A stretch of DNA of 64,000 bases from Cyanophora paradoxa CCMP329 (GCA_004431415.1 QPMI01000022.1:372001-436000), one strand, 5' to 3'. Shown: positions 1-13,867, counted from the first letter of the stretch. The notes: generated by a model from the sequence alone, not told the origin. Numbers and translations are program-made.

Positions 1-1119
1 CCGCAGCGGCGTCGGCGGCTTCGACACGCCGCCCCCGTCCCAGACCCTCTTCCCCCAGGGCCGATTCGCGCAGCTGTCGGCGTCCGCGTCACCCCCCATC
101 TCGCGCGGGCCGCCGAGGGCGCCGGGCGACATGTTGGGCCTGGAGCCTCAGCCCCGCATCCGCAGCCTCAGCCCGGCCCCCGCCATGCAGCGGCGGGGAT
201 CGCAGCTTGAACGAAACTTCTGCTCCCGCCTGCAGCCTGTCGGCCCGGCCGCCCCCGCCGACATCCTCGTCCTGGACGGGTACGGCGAGCCCTCCGGGGG
301 TACCAGGACGCCATCCAGCGCCGACGAGGACGCGGACGACGTACCCCCCGTCCCCGGCGCCCGCCGCAACTCGGAGGCGGCGGCCCCGCCGGACGCGGCG
401 AGGCGCCTTCGGCGCCAGTCCCGGACGCACGCCACGGCCCCGCCCGTCCTCGTATCCCCCATCTCGTCCTTCCTGCAGTACCCCTCCGCAGCCCCCGGCT
501 CGGCCCTCGGGAGCCCCGCCGCCGTCGCGCGCCCCGCCGTCGTGCACCCCATCGTCTCCCCTCGCCTGGGGCCGAGCGCCCCTCCCTCTTTCCCCTTCCC
601 GATCGGCATGCGGCGCATGAGCGCGCCGTCCCCGATCATGGACCCCCCGCCGCACTTCCCACTCGGGCTGGCGCTTCCCGACGGGGGGGTACCGGTGCAG
701 CCCCTCTTCGGCGGCCGGCGCTCCTCTGCGCCGGTCGTGTCTCCCGTCGGCAGCCTCTCCTCCACGCTGGTTCGTTGTCATATGATTTTTCGATGTCAAG
801 TTTCTTTCGATCTCACGCCTCACCTGAGGCGCAGGGAAGCACCGCGGCGTCGACTGTAACGCTCCCGGCGATCGGCTCGCCCTCGCGGGACGCGGGGCCC
901 GGGCCCGGCCCCCGCCGGCCCGCCTCCCGCCCCGTCGCCCCCCGGTCCCGGCCCGCGCCGGGGGCTCCTGCCTCGGCCTCGGGGGACGTCGGGCCGGGGG
1001 GTACAGCCTCCCCCGGGTCCCCCAGCTTCTCCCGGCCGCTGCCGCCGAGCCCGCTCGCCGCGCCGCAGCAGCCGCAGCCCCAGACGGGCATCGCCCAGCT
1101 CATCCAAATCATGAGATAA
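1..1119 (+). CDS. 3' end of a proline/serine-rich protein gene (partial, begins upstream of window)
   Basis: Open Pro/Ser/Ala-rich frame; a GT..AG intron at 770-834 joins ...SSTL to GSTAASTV...AQLIQIMR* in frame; followed by an AT-rich 3' region. Confidence 0.5.
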
Positions 1120-1917
1120 CATCATGAGATAACATGAATTCCGTACATCGCAACTAACAATTTCGTATTTACAGTACTTACGTTTACTTATACATACAAA
1201 TACATCCCGCCCCCATCAATTCGCCGAATCACGCTCCAGCCGCGATATGCGATATGAATAAGTAGAGCTTTATCGCTTCACAATAACTAGTCGACGCCGC
1301 AGTTTAATTGTACGTTTTCAACTCTGCAAGGGTATATATATAATTATACTATGATAATCCGATCCGGATCCAGATGTACATTTTCCTAGGTTATCGATAT
1401 CCGATGATCGTGTGGTTCAACGGTTCTCGTAATTGAATAAACCTCACTTAGAGCTCGATCGATGCTACCGTAGTACACGGCAGAAACAACGCATGCGCGA
1501 TCTCAGAATTCGAAAGTGCAATCTCATGATCATATTTCAAGGGTTATCGATCGATACCGTACTGGTTCTCGCTTCACTTCAGCTTCAATTCCAATGCTAC
1601 ACGGCGCCGGCAGGGACAAAGAAACTCACGTACGCGTCGAGAGTGCTATGCGCGCGTGCGCGGGTCCGCTACAGCTAACTAGCTGGCATCTGCATCTGGA
1701 GGATGCCTAGGACCCTCGATATCAAAACTGCCGATATCAAAACTGCTGCAAAACTATCTGTCCGGACCAGGACCCCGGCCCGGATACCGATATCAAAACT
1801 GCTGCCGGGCCGGGCCGGACCGGGCCCGGGAGCCGCGGCCGGGCCGGGCCGGGCCCCGCCCGCCCCGTGCGCATGCCTCCCCCACGCCACGCCCTGTCCG
1901 GCCCTCCCCCCCTCCCT

Positions 1918-4900
1918 TTAGAAGAGCTCCGCGAGGGTGCAGCGGACGCCGCCGCCGCCGATCTTCTCGATCGTCGAGATGTCCGCGTGCAGAAGCTCCT
2001 GCAGACGAACAAAAAGTCAAAAATAGCCGGGAGGGGGGGGGGGAAGAAGCGGGGGGTACGGGTACGCACGTGCTCGTACTGGAGCATGAGGGCGCGCTGG
2101 GCCGGCGTGAAGGCCCGGAACGCCTGCGTCGACATCACCAGCACCTGCGGGCGAGGCGGGCAACGACCTCGTCAGGCGATCAAATCGACGAGGCCCCCCC
2201 CCCTTTCAGGCGATCGGGCCCCTGCCCGGCCCTCGGCCCTGCCCGGGCCGGGCGGAACCGCACCTGGCGGCCGCGCCAGTCCTCCAGCTCGAGGACGTTC
2301 CCGCAGAAGTGCTCCACCTGCCGGCGGGATGGATGTTAGTGGGCTGGCTGGCTGGCTGGCCAGAGGGGCCGCGGGCTGGCTGGGCTCAAGGGGCAGGCTA
2401 GAGCGCCGAGAATGCCGGCGGGATGGATGTTAGTGGGCTGCCTGGCTGGCTAGAGGGGCCGCGGGCTGGCTGGGCTCAAGGAATAGATCTATGGACGTGT
2501 GGGTCCGCTAGGCCGCTCGGCGCCCGCCGCCTTTCCCCTCGCCCACGTTTGGATCGCCCGGGCCGCCCGCCCCGCCCCGCCCCGCGCCCGCGCACCTGCT
2601 TCCGCGTGATCTCCACCACCGCGTGGTGCGCCCGCAGGCTGCGCAACGAAGTGAGGGAGGATTGGAGGGGGGGAAGGGAGGGGGGGTACCTGGCGAGGAG
2701 CTCCTCGCGCTCCTTTGGGTCCTCCACCGACTCGGCGCAGACGATGGCGACCTAAAAGAGGGGTTCAGGGGGTACGCGGCGGGGCGGGGGGGGGGGAAGG
2801 GGGTAGGGGGGTAGGTGGCAGCTACCTTGGTACCGACGCACATCATGACCTGATGTGTATCGAGGGAAGGAAGGCTCAGGAGGGGAGCGGGAGGGGGGAG
2901 GGAGGGGAGGGGGAGGGGTAGAGGGCACGTACGTTGGTGTGGTAGATCGGGCGCCCCGCGGCGTCCGTCGAGCAGAAGGCGACGACCCTGAAGCGCTCTC
3001 ATCAGAGAAAGAGCGAAGGGGCTCGAGCGAGGGAGGCGGAGCGGAGCTCCCTGGCCCGGCGGTCGACTACTCGCTCCGTCTAGCCGCCCCCTCGGGCCTT
3101 GCCCAGCCGGCAGACGAGCCCCTTGGCCCAGCGATGGGGGGTAGAGGGGATCCGCCTAGCCGCTCCCCTCGCTCCCTCTTGCCGCCCCCTCTAGCCCCTA
3201 GCATGCCTAGCCGCCTTCCCCTCTATCTATCCGCTCGCGCACCGGTAGCCTAGCTCCCTGGCCCAGCGGTCGGCGAGGTCGCGGTCGCTCCGCTCCGAGA
3301 TCGCGACGTAGGCCACGCGGCGGATGCGGTCCAACACGATCGAGCCCGTGCCCTCTGCGGGAGAGGGGGAGTGAGTTAGAGGCTGAGGATCGAGAAGCTC
3401 GAGCTTCTTCTTAAGGGGTAGAAGAAGCTTCAGCGTCTTCGTCTCCCTGGCTCTTCCTCCGCGGGCGCGCGCACCGAGGAAGGTAGGCTTGGGGTCGTGC
3501 TCGGTGTTCGTGAGGTCGACCACGCGCGTGTAGCGGCGGAAGCCCATCAGCCGGTTGATAAACTCGGGCCTGAGGGGGCGTACCCCCTTTCAGGGGGTAC
3601 TCTGGGGGGGGGGACGGCGGGGCGGGGGGCGGCCGCACCGGCGCTCCTTGCGGCGGTTGGGGGCCTTCATGGGGTACAGCACGAGCGTGCACTCGCCGAC
3701 CTCGAGGTTCGTCTGGTTCAGATCGGATCGAATCAGATCGGATCGGATCGGATCGGATCAGGTCAGCGCACGTGGGTGGAGAACCAGTTGTTGGGGAAGC
3801 AAGCGTCCGGCGTGTCGTGGTGGGGCTCGTGCGTGAAGAGGTGCACCTGGACCTTGGCCTGCGCAGAGATGAGCGGGGCAGAGATGAGCTCTTAGAGGCG
3901 TGCCTTGTTCGCGATGATGCTGTGCAGCGCGGAGAACTCCTTCAGGACCTGCACGCAGCCAGACGGGCGGGCGCGGTTAGATTTGAATTCAAAGAGAGGG
4001 CGGGCCGAAGGCCGAAGGCGAGCGCTAGCGCGCCTTGCGCTGGAGCTCGGCGGGGCTGGAGGCGATGCCCTCCAGGGATCCGGCCATGAAGTGGTTGTCC
4101 TGGGCCGCCTGTATGTTCGACTCGAAGGCCGTGGGCGCGACCATCAGGACCTGCCGGATTCGATCAAATCTGAGCTGAGCTCGAGAGAAGGCGGGGGGTA
4201 GAGGGCTACTGGCGCACGTGGTTGCTGGACTGCTGGACGGGTATGTCGCTCGGGAGGTACTTCGGGATCTTCGTCTGGTCCTGGATGGGAACGATGCGGT
4301 ACCCGTTCTCGTGCACGTACCTGCGGGATTCGCAGGGGTCTAGCTCGGCCGCGGCCCGCAGCGCGGGCGCGGGGCGGGGCGGGGCGGGGCGGGGCCGGGC
4401 CGGGCGCACTGAGCGAAATCGACGTCATGCCTGGCGAGTACGTACTCGCCCTCCTCGCCCCGCACGTACTCAGAGACGAGCCGGCGGCGCGGCGGCACGA
4501 TGATGCTCTCCAGCTGCGCGCGGGAGAGTGCTGGTCAGCGGAGACCCGCCGGCGCGCGCGTCGAGCAGCGGTCGCTAAGAAAGATCGTAGGCGGCGCTTT
4601 GCGCTTGGAGCGGCGGCGGGGCGGCGACGGGCGCGCACCATCACGGTAACGTCGTCCGTGATGAGTCGGAAGACGGCCGTGAGGGCGCCGTGCTCTTGCG
4701 TACGGTCGAAATAGTCGTGCACCACGGCAATTCGACGCGAGTGGATCACATCTTTTGAGAGCGCGTAGCGGATTCCTGCGCATCCCGAGGAGGCGCCTTT
4801 AGCAGACGCGGCGAGGAGCGCGCGAGGCCCGCAGAAAGCAGCGGAATCACCCAAGATGTTAGAATGCACGCCCTCTCCGACGAAGCACAGGTCGTCAGAG

Positions 4901-5070
4901 GCCCATATGAGGTCGTCGGGGTGGAAGACTGCATGGTCGGGGAGCTTCTCGCCGGCCAGGCGCTGAAGAGTAGCTTTGAGCGACTCTGCACGCTTTGCTT
5001 CCCCGGAGGAGCCTCCGACGATTGCGAGGGACGAGGTGTTGCCAATCTGTGCACCGTTTCGATCTGGCAT
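1918..5070 (-). CDS. Amidinotransferase (CtlX-like, arginine deiminase superfamily) with an N-terminal degenerate ADI-like domain; multi-exon
   Basis: Spliced exons give VLMVAPTAFESNIQAAQDNHFM, TPDACFPNNWFST, YPMKAPNRRKERR, EGTGSIVLDR, YHTNVMMCVG, FCGNVLEL, VMSTQAF and IEKIGGGGVRCTLAELF*, which are canonical amidinotransferase motifs. The N-terminal part (RIAVVHDYFD...RRLVSEY...YVLARHDVDF...ENGYRIVPI) resembles eukaryotic ADI. Confidence 0.88.
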
Positions 5071-5466
5071 GGTGCGAGCGCGGCGCGAACCGCACCGAGA
5101 CCGGCTTGCCCGGCAAATCCACGGATCCGCTACGCGGGAGGCTCTGCAGGTCCGCTACGCGGCTCTTCTTCGCTGCGGGCGCCGACATTTTGATACTGTA
5201 CCCCGGTCGCGCGACTTGGTCTTGAAAATCAAATTGAAGCGCCCGCGGCCGTGGCGAGGATGGCGTGCGACTTTCATTGCATAGCGGCGCGAAGCACTTG
5301 GCTCAGGGGGAACAGGCTACGGAGCCAAAGTGCGGGGGGCGCGGGGGATGGAACGGAGGATAGGGCCGGGAACAGGCCGAGGGAGTGAGGCGGGGCGGTT
5401 CTAGTGCTGCAGTACGGGGGAGCGGAGTCCGGGGCTGGGGTACGATGCGCGCGATCACGGCGGGCG

Positions 5467-7343
5467 TCACGCGCTGACTTCCTTCCAGCTGTTTCCCTGC
5501 TTCTCGTATATCCTGCGCGCGCAGGCGCGCCTCAGTCGGCGCCAGATCCAGGAGGGCGACAGGGCGGGGCGGGGCGGGGCGGGGCGGGGCAGGGCGGGCC
5601 TGTGAACGACGCGGTTCTGTATGTCGAAGCTCCGCTTGGAATCCACGCGCTCCACCACCTTGTCCATCTTGTACGAGCTGCGCGGGGGTACCGGTCAGAT
5701 AAAGGGGGTACAGGAGAAGGGAGCGAGGGCCGGGCCGCGCCTGTGGAGCTGGTGGGCGTCCTGCTTCTCCGGCTCCTTTGTCGGACCGCTGCACTCGACG
5801 GGGCAGCGCCGCTTGCAGAAGTAGATCTAAGGCTCGGGTTACGCTTCCTTCCGTGCGGTGCGCTGGGCGCGTGCGCGTGCGCGGGCGCGGGCGCGGGCGC
5901 GGGGGGGCGCACGAGCGTCTTGGCGCCGTGCGTGTCCAGAATCTGGAAGAGCTGCTGCCCCAGGGCCCGAACGGCCGGCAAGTCGCCTGCCGCGCGGTGA
6001 GGAGGAGCGGGCGAGGCGGGGGGGAGGGAAGGAAGGGGGGTACCGGCGTCCTGCGCGAAGAGCTGTATGCAGACGGTGGCCGAGAACCGCATGTCGGCGG
6101 GCCGACGCCCGTTGGGGTCGAAGCTGCGCCCGGGCGCGCGTTGGTTCGAAGAAGAAGGGCTGCAGGCAAAGGGCGGGCGGGCGGGCGGGCGGGCGGCGCC
6201 GACCTCATTGCCGAGAACCGGATGGCGGCGCCCGTCTTGTTGCTGAAGCAGAAGCTGTTGACGGCCAGCCGCCACGCGTGGTCGATCCTGCGGGCGGCGC
6301 GCGTCAGCCGCAGGGTCGAAGACGGGGTCCGCGTGGGAAGAGGAAGCGCACTCGGAAACGGGGACCCACGCCGACCAGCTGCGCGGGGCGTGAGCTTGGC
6401 GAGGGCGCGCGCGCGCGGCCGGGAGGCGGGCGGGCGCCCGCGCGCCATCCGTAGGACCGGGAGGCCTCCAGCGCGGCGATGGAGGACTCGGAGTTCACGG
6501 CCTGCCCGTAGACGCAGATCGACGTGTGGTCGATCTTGCTGGGGTTCATGTCTGCGCGGTGCGCGCGGCGCGGCGCGGTCGGGACCCGGCGGGCGGGAGT
6601 GCGCGGCAACCGCGCCGCGCTCACTCAGGAGCTCCAGGTGCGTCTTCTCCAGAGTCTTTCCGTCGAATCGCGCCTGGAAGACCTTCTCTCCTGGTACTCG
6701 CTTGTCTGCTGGCGTCGGCTGGACGCGCTGCTTCTTCAATGGGCGGCTGCGGGCGTCGAACTCCTCTGCGAACCAACCGACCCGTCGCGCGGCGCTGCAC
6801 GAGCGAGCGCTGGCGCCGCACCTTCGTCCTCGTCGTACTCGCTGGCGCTGTCGTCGTCCTCCTGCTCTTCCTCCTCGTCCGCTGCAGCTTCCGCTCCTGC
6901 GTCCGCTCCCGCGTCCGCTCCCGCGTCCGCTCCCGCGTCCGCTCCTCCGTCGGTGTTCGGGGCAGCGGGCTCTGCGGAACGGTGAGCGCTGATCTCATGC
7001 GCGCGTCTCTCGCACTCTGCCGACCTTCCGAATCCTCCTGCTCCCCATCCTGCTCGCTCGAGTCCGCTTCTGAACCCCCCGAGTCCGCAGCGTTCGCAGC
7101 CGCTGGTGCGCCGTCGCCCGACCCGAAGATCTGTGCTCGCAGCTCTTCCACGCCGCCGTCCAGGAGGTAGTTGATCGCAGCTGACGTGTTTTCAGCGGCG
7201 GGAATGAAAGCGCTGGCGGTTTGAGCGCTGCTCGCACCGTCGGGGCCCCCGGCGACGAGAAGGGCGGACTCAAGCACCTCGGGAGCCTCAAGCGGGAACA
7301 CCGCCCGGAGCGCGCTGATGTCCGCGGATGCCGGCGCTGCCAT
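5467..7343 (-). CDS. Hypothetical protein with N-terminal CUE/UBA-like ubiquitin-binding motif; multi-exon
   Basis: N-terminus ISALRAVFPLEAPEVLESALLVAGG...AAINYLLD fits the CUE pattern. It is followed by an acidic linker and non-repetitive exons (IDHAWRLAVNSFCF..., FCKRRCPVEC...) ending KQGNSWKEVSA*. Confidence 0.55.
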
Positions 7344-8023
7344 CGCCGCGCCGTGCGGTGCAAACGCTTAAGCAGACACGCTACGTGCGGATCTCGACGG
7401 CTCCGCGACCTCGGCGAACGAGAACTTTCAAGCTTCGCTATGTTCGCTTTTCGGCGGGGGGGGGGTATGTCATCGTCGCCTTCGTTGGGGTACAGCCTAT
7501 CGACCCTGGTTGCGACTAGCCCCTCTAGCTATAGCTATAGATCTAGATCTGAGTCGACATCGCGTCCGCTGGTCGATGTCGACGTCGATGTCGGCGGCGC
7601 CTGCAGCTGGGCCGGACGTGCTGCAGCTGTCGCCCGCGCGCGGCCGCCGCGCCTCCGCCCCGCCCGCGAGCCGCGCCGCCGCCCGCCACGCCTCCGCCGG
7701 CCCGCCGCCCCGGCCAATTACGATGCACGCCATCATGGCATTTTATCCCATGTCCGGCCCGTCGCGACGCCAACCTCTCGCTTTCCTGCTCGTTTCAGAT
7801 TCGAATTCATTTGCAAGCTTAAGTCACTGACGTCGACGTAGCTCGCGATCGATCGCTATCCAATGAATTCGAATTCACTGGGCCAACGGTCTTCCAATCG
7901 ATATCTCGGCCCGGCGGCCTATAGCTGATATCGATCCCGCGGTCGACGTCGACGTCGTCGCTCGCGTCGCTCGCGCGTTTTCGATTCAAATTCGAATTCA
8001 ATTGCTATCATATTAATATTCGG

Positions 8024-11000
8024 ATTCACATGGAGTCTCCGCCAACGTCCCGCGCAGCCGCCTGACGGAGGAATTAATAATTTGCATAGAGCCAGAATTA
8101 CACGCGAGCGCGGCGAATTAATATTGTCGAACACATCGAATTCAGTGGGCTCACCAGCGAAGCGTGTCGCTGATGCCCTGCGAATTTTGCGTCATGATCA
8201 GATCTAGAGGTACCGGTGCGAGTTTCGCGAATCTCTAAATTCTCTAAATCTCAATTGGAGCCAGTCGAATTCGATATCGATCGCCTATAGATAACTTCGT
8301 AATATCCCAAACAATATCGATCGACTGGCGCAGATCGAGAACTCCAGCTACGAATTCGGGGTCCGAACTCGAGCGCACCCGGACGAACGCGGGGGCGCCC
8401 TTGAAGTACGCCTCGTAGATCCTCCGGCACCCTTCCCGCAGCGCGCGTACCTTGATCGAAATTCAATTCGATTGCGCCATTTATCACGAAAGAAAGATAA
8501 ATCGAGCGAGATTTAAGAGGTGCGATTTCTAATTTGCGATATCGATTGCAATTCGAACGAAGGTTATAATTAGGAGTAAGAGCGAGCTCGGACTCGAATT
8601 AAAGCGCGCCTGGTCGGGGCCGAAGGAGCGGAGGAGGGCGGGGAGGGCGAGCAGATCCGCCTCGGGGGCCCGCACCGCGCAGTCCTCCCAGCGGGCCACC
8701 TGCGCAGGAGCTCGCGATCGAGAGAAGCGAATTCGAAGCATATATATGTAAGGCGTGCGCCGCTTCAAATCGAGAAAATAGTGCGAAAGGGACGCGAGAA
8801 GCGGATTGGAGCGGAGAGGACCGGTGGGGAGGTGGTGGAGGAGTGGGTGGGGGCGGGGGGGGGGGGGGGGGGGGGGGCATGGGGGGATGGGGGGGGGGGA
8901 GGCGGAGGGGCGGGATCCGGAGGGGGAGGGGAGGGGAGAGGGGGGGGGGGAAGGGTGCGCATGTTAGGCGCGGGCGCCCGGCACCTCGCCCGGTGGGAGG
9001 CGGCCATGGGGAGGGAGTGAAGGGGGGGGGGGGGGGGACGGGGGGGGGAGGCGGAGGGCGGGATCCGATGATCCGGAGGGGGAGGGGGGGGGAAGGGGTG
9101 CGCATGTTAGGCGCGGGCGCCCGGTACCTCGTGGAAAGGCATGACGAAGTCGTCGACGAGGACAGCGGGGATGGAGCCTGCGTGCATGCGCATGTGCAAT
9201 TGCAAGCCCCGGGCCCGGCGCCCGGCCCGGGACGAGAATAATTATATAATGAGTAGGTACACAGCGTTCGCGATGCATTCTAACCTAGTAAGCTTAAGGC
9301 CGAATATCAATTTGAATATAAAAGTAGGCAAATGCAGGCTTATAAATTAGATTCGATCAACTGCGGAGTATACGCAGCAAATTGTATTTTCGCACCGGCA
9401 GCGAGCGTCTCAACGAGGCGATACGAGTGCGCCCCTGTATGGAATCATAATTAATCACAGCGACAGGATAACGTCATGGGGCCACATGCTCATATTATAA
9501 TTAGGTTCTGCACACGTATATATAGAATTACACGAGTTAATTTTAGTCAAGGCGAACCGTACCGTAGCCAGGGACAACGAGGCCGAACGTCGAATTTTGA
9601 AGAAGGTCCTGCATCCGCCCCGCTGCGAGGGCGCCGGCGCCCCAAATGAAACACACGTTTTAGTGCACGGGTTCCAAGGCCGCGCTTCAATATAAGCTTG
9701 TGATCGGGAGGTTTCGTAATTGAGACTTTCAGAACGTATATTATAATTAATAATTGGTATAAAAATGCCGAAAGGGATCGCAAATCAAAAATGCCGTAAA
9801 ATGCCGAAAGGGAAATCAAAATCGCAGCGGTCTAGATATGATGATTAATCAATTTAACTTCGAGTTCGTGCAGAACGGCACTTAATGTCAACTTAGTAAG
9901 CCCGCTTCGCAAAGCGCCTGTAAATTAAATGGTCTGCGCACGGAACTCTTTCCAGCGCCGGTCGTCCTCGCCGCACCGCTCGAGCTTGTCCTTGGCGGGG
10001 TCTGTGCATGCGCGCGCGGCCGCGGGGGCCGCGTATGCGCAGCACAAATAAATATTAATCATCGAATCGCTCGCGGATCGGATGCGTGCCGGACTGCAGC
10101 TTAAGCAAGCTCAAGCACGCGCACCGGCCCAATAACAGGCGGTGATCATCAGAATGTCATCGCCGTTGTCTATCCTGTACAACTGCGCGCGCGGAATTCG
10201 AAGTGCCCAGGAAAATAATTGTGCGCATCATGAATTCGAAGGTGAAGCTTAAGGCCGGGCATCGCGAAAAGAGATCTAGATCTAGATATTAAGCACGTAT
10301 AATGCGCGCCTCATTTCGAATCAATCCTCTGTCACTGTAGCGTATGATCTAGATATTAAGCACGTATAATGCGCGCCTCATTTCGAATCAATCCTCTGTC
10401 ACTGTAGCGTGTGCCCTTGAAAACGAGGAGGTGCTTTCTGCTGCGCAAAGGACGCGTACGTAGATGCGGCTGTGAGGGCTGTTTTTTGGTCTAAGTATAA
10501 GCTTTTTGCTTTTTAAATTACAACTAGTACTTATTTGAGGATCTCGAGGTGCTCACCTTGGCTCGTCAATTGGCAACGGGATCACTTGTTCGTCAGCTGG
10601 CCTTGGAGCGAGTGAGAGATTTGAATGCCCTTATAATTAAGTTTCATAGTGATCGAATGAAAGCCCCGGATCGGACCAGTGATTAGGAAGAGGGATAGAG
10701 ATGTCGAATCCTGGACGGAAATACGCCGGTTTCGCGTTGCTCCGGAGGAGAATTTCTTTTCCCCCAACTGTCCAGGGAATTATAGCGTTAACGTTAACGG
10801 TTATATAATTAGCTATAGAAATCAACGTTGGACAAAACTCTATCGCGGGACGCCGGCATTTAAATGAAAGATTGCATGTACATTGACCCCATGGCCAGAA
10901 AAAGAGTGCGGGAAAACAGTTTCTAGGGCATGATCGTGATTCAAGCTTTTCGCGAATGCGTCCACTAGTACTTGTCCGGCCAATGAATAGATCGATATCA

Positions 11001-12316
11001 CAAACTCAAATCCGAACCTTCATGAGGCAAATCGTTGTCTGCGCTTATGATGCGCATGTGGTTCTCGCCTGATTGATTTTGATCTCATTAAATTTACCGT
11101 GCCGGGCGGATAAATAGCCATAGCTTGGAGATTAAACAATTGCAGTATAATTATAATATACATTTCGCACCGAAGGCCCCCCAGTGGGCGTGCCTCGCGG
11201 CGAGGGCCCCGTTCCCCTCGAGGCTGCAGTCGAGGTCGTTCACGCAGGCGGGCAGCGCCAGCATGGCGCAGGCGTCGGCGTCGGCGGCCGAGGCGGGTGC
11301 GCCGGGGGCGTCCCGGACCACGCGGGGAACAGTGTGGACTGCGCGCGCATGCGCACGCACGCGCACGCAGCCCGTAAATTAAATTAAAGGATATATATGG
11401 CACGATAACGCTAGCCGGACTGCTCATATGCAAATGCGCGAAATTAAATCATTGAATTGAACTCACGGAAGAACTGGTCCATCTGTAGATAGATGAGAAC
11501 CGAGAGTCCGACGGTCTTCGATTTAGAGATACAATTGAATCGAAAGAAAACGTGAACGCGCACTGTATGTGGAGGGAACTCCCGCTCGTGCTCCATCTCC
11601 TTCGGGTACGCGTAGAGGCGGGGCGACGTGGTTTCGGATTTGCATCTAGTTTGAATTTCGAGCGCGTTAGACTCGAGTTTAAAATTAAGGCGCTTATTCA
11701 AATCATTGAAACCTAACGTTCACATTTGATTATATCATTCAACGAACCGGGAACTATTAAAGCACGTCCGGAAGGTGCAGCGGTGGAGGTCAGCCAGCTC
11801 GGAAGCGAATGCTTCGGCCGGGATGCTGTGGTTCAGGTATCGGGTCAGGTTCCCGAATAACCGCTCTCGCTCAGCTGTATCCTGCTGCTCGCGCTTGGCC
11901 TGCAGATCCCTGCAGCTCTCCACTGGGCTACGTGCACGTGAAGGAAGCTCTGGCTCCCTATAATTAGAAGCCGAAGCTGTGCTGGCCACGTTGGCGTCGA
12001 CGTCGCCCGCAGTTGGCCGCTCAATCTCCAGCGAAACAAATTCAGCCCCGCCGGCCGGCCTCGGCGCCGCTGCATGCGCAGCTGCTTCCGGCGCCGCTGC
12101 TGCCTCTAGCCGCAGGGGCCCGCGTGGCAAGCCGAAGTTGGCATCGAACGTCGACGCTTCAGATGCGTTAACGTTCTTTGATACCGCGGCCGGCGCCGAA
12201 GCTAACTTGCTGAAGCTTATTCTGAGGAGAGTGGCGAGAGCGAGCGCGGCGGCGGCTATGAAGACTGCTCTGCGCGACGGCCGCGGCCGCCGCCACTGGA
12301 CCTTGAGCTTCCACAT
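8024..12316 (-). CDS. Exostosin-family glycosyltransferase (GT47), type II membrane protein; multi-exon, 3' end approximate
   Basis: N-terminal signal anchor (AVFIAAAALALATLL), then CTFRTCFNSSR, FRPGFDISIPL, RKHLLVFKGTRY, NSTFGLVVPG, HSYRLVETLAAGSIPAVLVDDFVMPF and WEDCAVRAPE; these are EXT1-like motifs spread over short exons. Confidence 0.85.
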
Positions 12317-13276
12317 CGCCGAGTCGCGCGCGCTCTAGATCTGCGCTCCGGCTGCAACGCGCGGCTGCAACAAGTAACTGCCGCGAGCTCTCTCGACTGA
12401 TATCGATCGACGAGTATAACGTTAACGGCCACTGGAAATATTAATTCTCCTTCGAATTCCCCTCCGATCCGATCGCGATCCTCCTCCGGATCCGACTCCC
12501 TCCCTGTCCCCTCCGAATTCGATCCTGATTTTCAATTATTCCTCATCTAGATTTCCCCTCTAGATCTGAGGCCCCCTCTCCGGGCTTTGATTTACCTCGG
12601 CAAGGGCTGGTGCACGTGCGCTCTACGTACATACGTATACGTTGCGATCTTAATTACGCATGCGCGCAGCAGCTTATAATGATTATCTGGCCAAGTCTGG
12701 TGGATCGGAGGGCACCGCAGCTGGCATTATTTAGCCATGCATATATATGGCTGGTGAAATCGTGAACCGACTTTCAAGTTTGGAATCGTGGAATCGTGAA
12801 AGTTTGAAGCTTTTCGTGCCATTTTTTCCCGGCGCTTCATAGCGCTGTACTTGTGTTCTATTGAACTTCGAATTCCGTCATTTCGACAGCGCTGGAAACG
12901 GATCAACCGTATTCACTTCAAACGCTATAATATATGTTAAAAGCGCTACTACTAATAACTCTTCCGCATCCTCTTTTTCACATAAAACTGTAATAAGTTA
13001 GCGCGCTGCGGCCCGCGGCCCGCGGCGTGATGGACCTGATGGTGCGCAGCTTAAAGGATAACGAGACCGGGATGTCGACGGCGGCCTCGCGATCGCCGAG
13101 CACTAGTCGGATCCCCAGATCTATACTCTGGGGGCCTGGAGGCTGGGGCCCGTGATGTACCGGTACATTGTACAGTACAACGTTTTAACTTGTACAAGTC
13201 ACGAGTCGGCAATGCCAAATGAATGATCTGCACAAGGGTAGTATGAGTCGTCTGATCTAGAATCGCCGTACGGGTC

Positions 13277-13356
13277 TAGCCTGGCTGTCAGGGCCCTTGG
13301 TGTGCACCCCCCCCAGGAGCATTTGCTTCAATTCCCGGAGGGATTGTTGTATATGG
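13277..13356 (+). repeat. Left terminal inverted repeat
   Basis: TAGCCTGGCTGTCAGGGCCCTTGGTGTGCA-C8...TTCAATTCCCGGAGGGATTGTTGTATATGG aligns with the reverse complement of 32317-32401. Confidence 0.62.
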
Positions 13357-13867
13357 TCATGGTGCAAGGCAGGGGGCGGCGAGCGGGGCGCTCCTTGGTG
13401 GAACAAATACGTAGGCACATGCACCGGGCATGGCAGCGGCCAGGCAGGCAGTCCCTGGCAGCCGATCCTGGCATAGTGAACAGGAGCCGGGGCGCGGCGC
13501 CGGCGAGCTAGTAGCGTAAGAGGTCTTTGTATCATACATACAAGTGGTTCGTGTGGCCGGGCGGGCTGCGCGCGCGCTGCCCTGGACGCGCGCCCGTCGA
13601 GCGTGCGGGCGCCAGCTCGGGCACTCAGATGCATGCCGGCAGCGCTCAAACCTACCACGGATGCGATGCTAGGTCGCTGAAGATGCTGCGCGCGCCCGAC
13701 GCGGCCCAGCACTCGGTTTTGACGACAGCGTCAAGGGAGGGGGGTGCAGTGAATTTTTCGACCGCGGGAACAGCCGGCGGCAGACCGCCGGAGAGCCGCC
13801 CCAGCCGGCCAAAACAGCGATAGCCTAGTGCACGGAGCTGCGGGCGCTCATTGCGGTTCGCCTCGCA

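Noticed and set aside
1718-1803. GATATCAAAACTGC x3
   Set aside because: Short intergenic repeat with no TIR, TSD or functional evidence.
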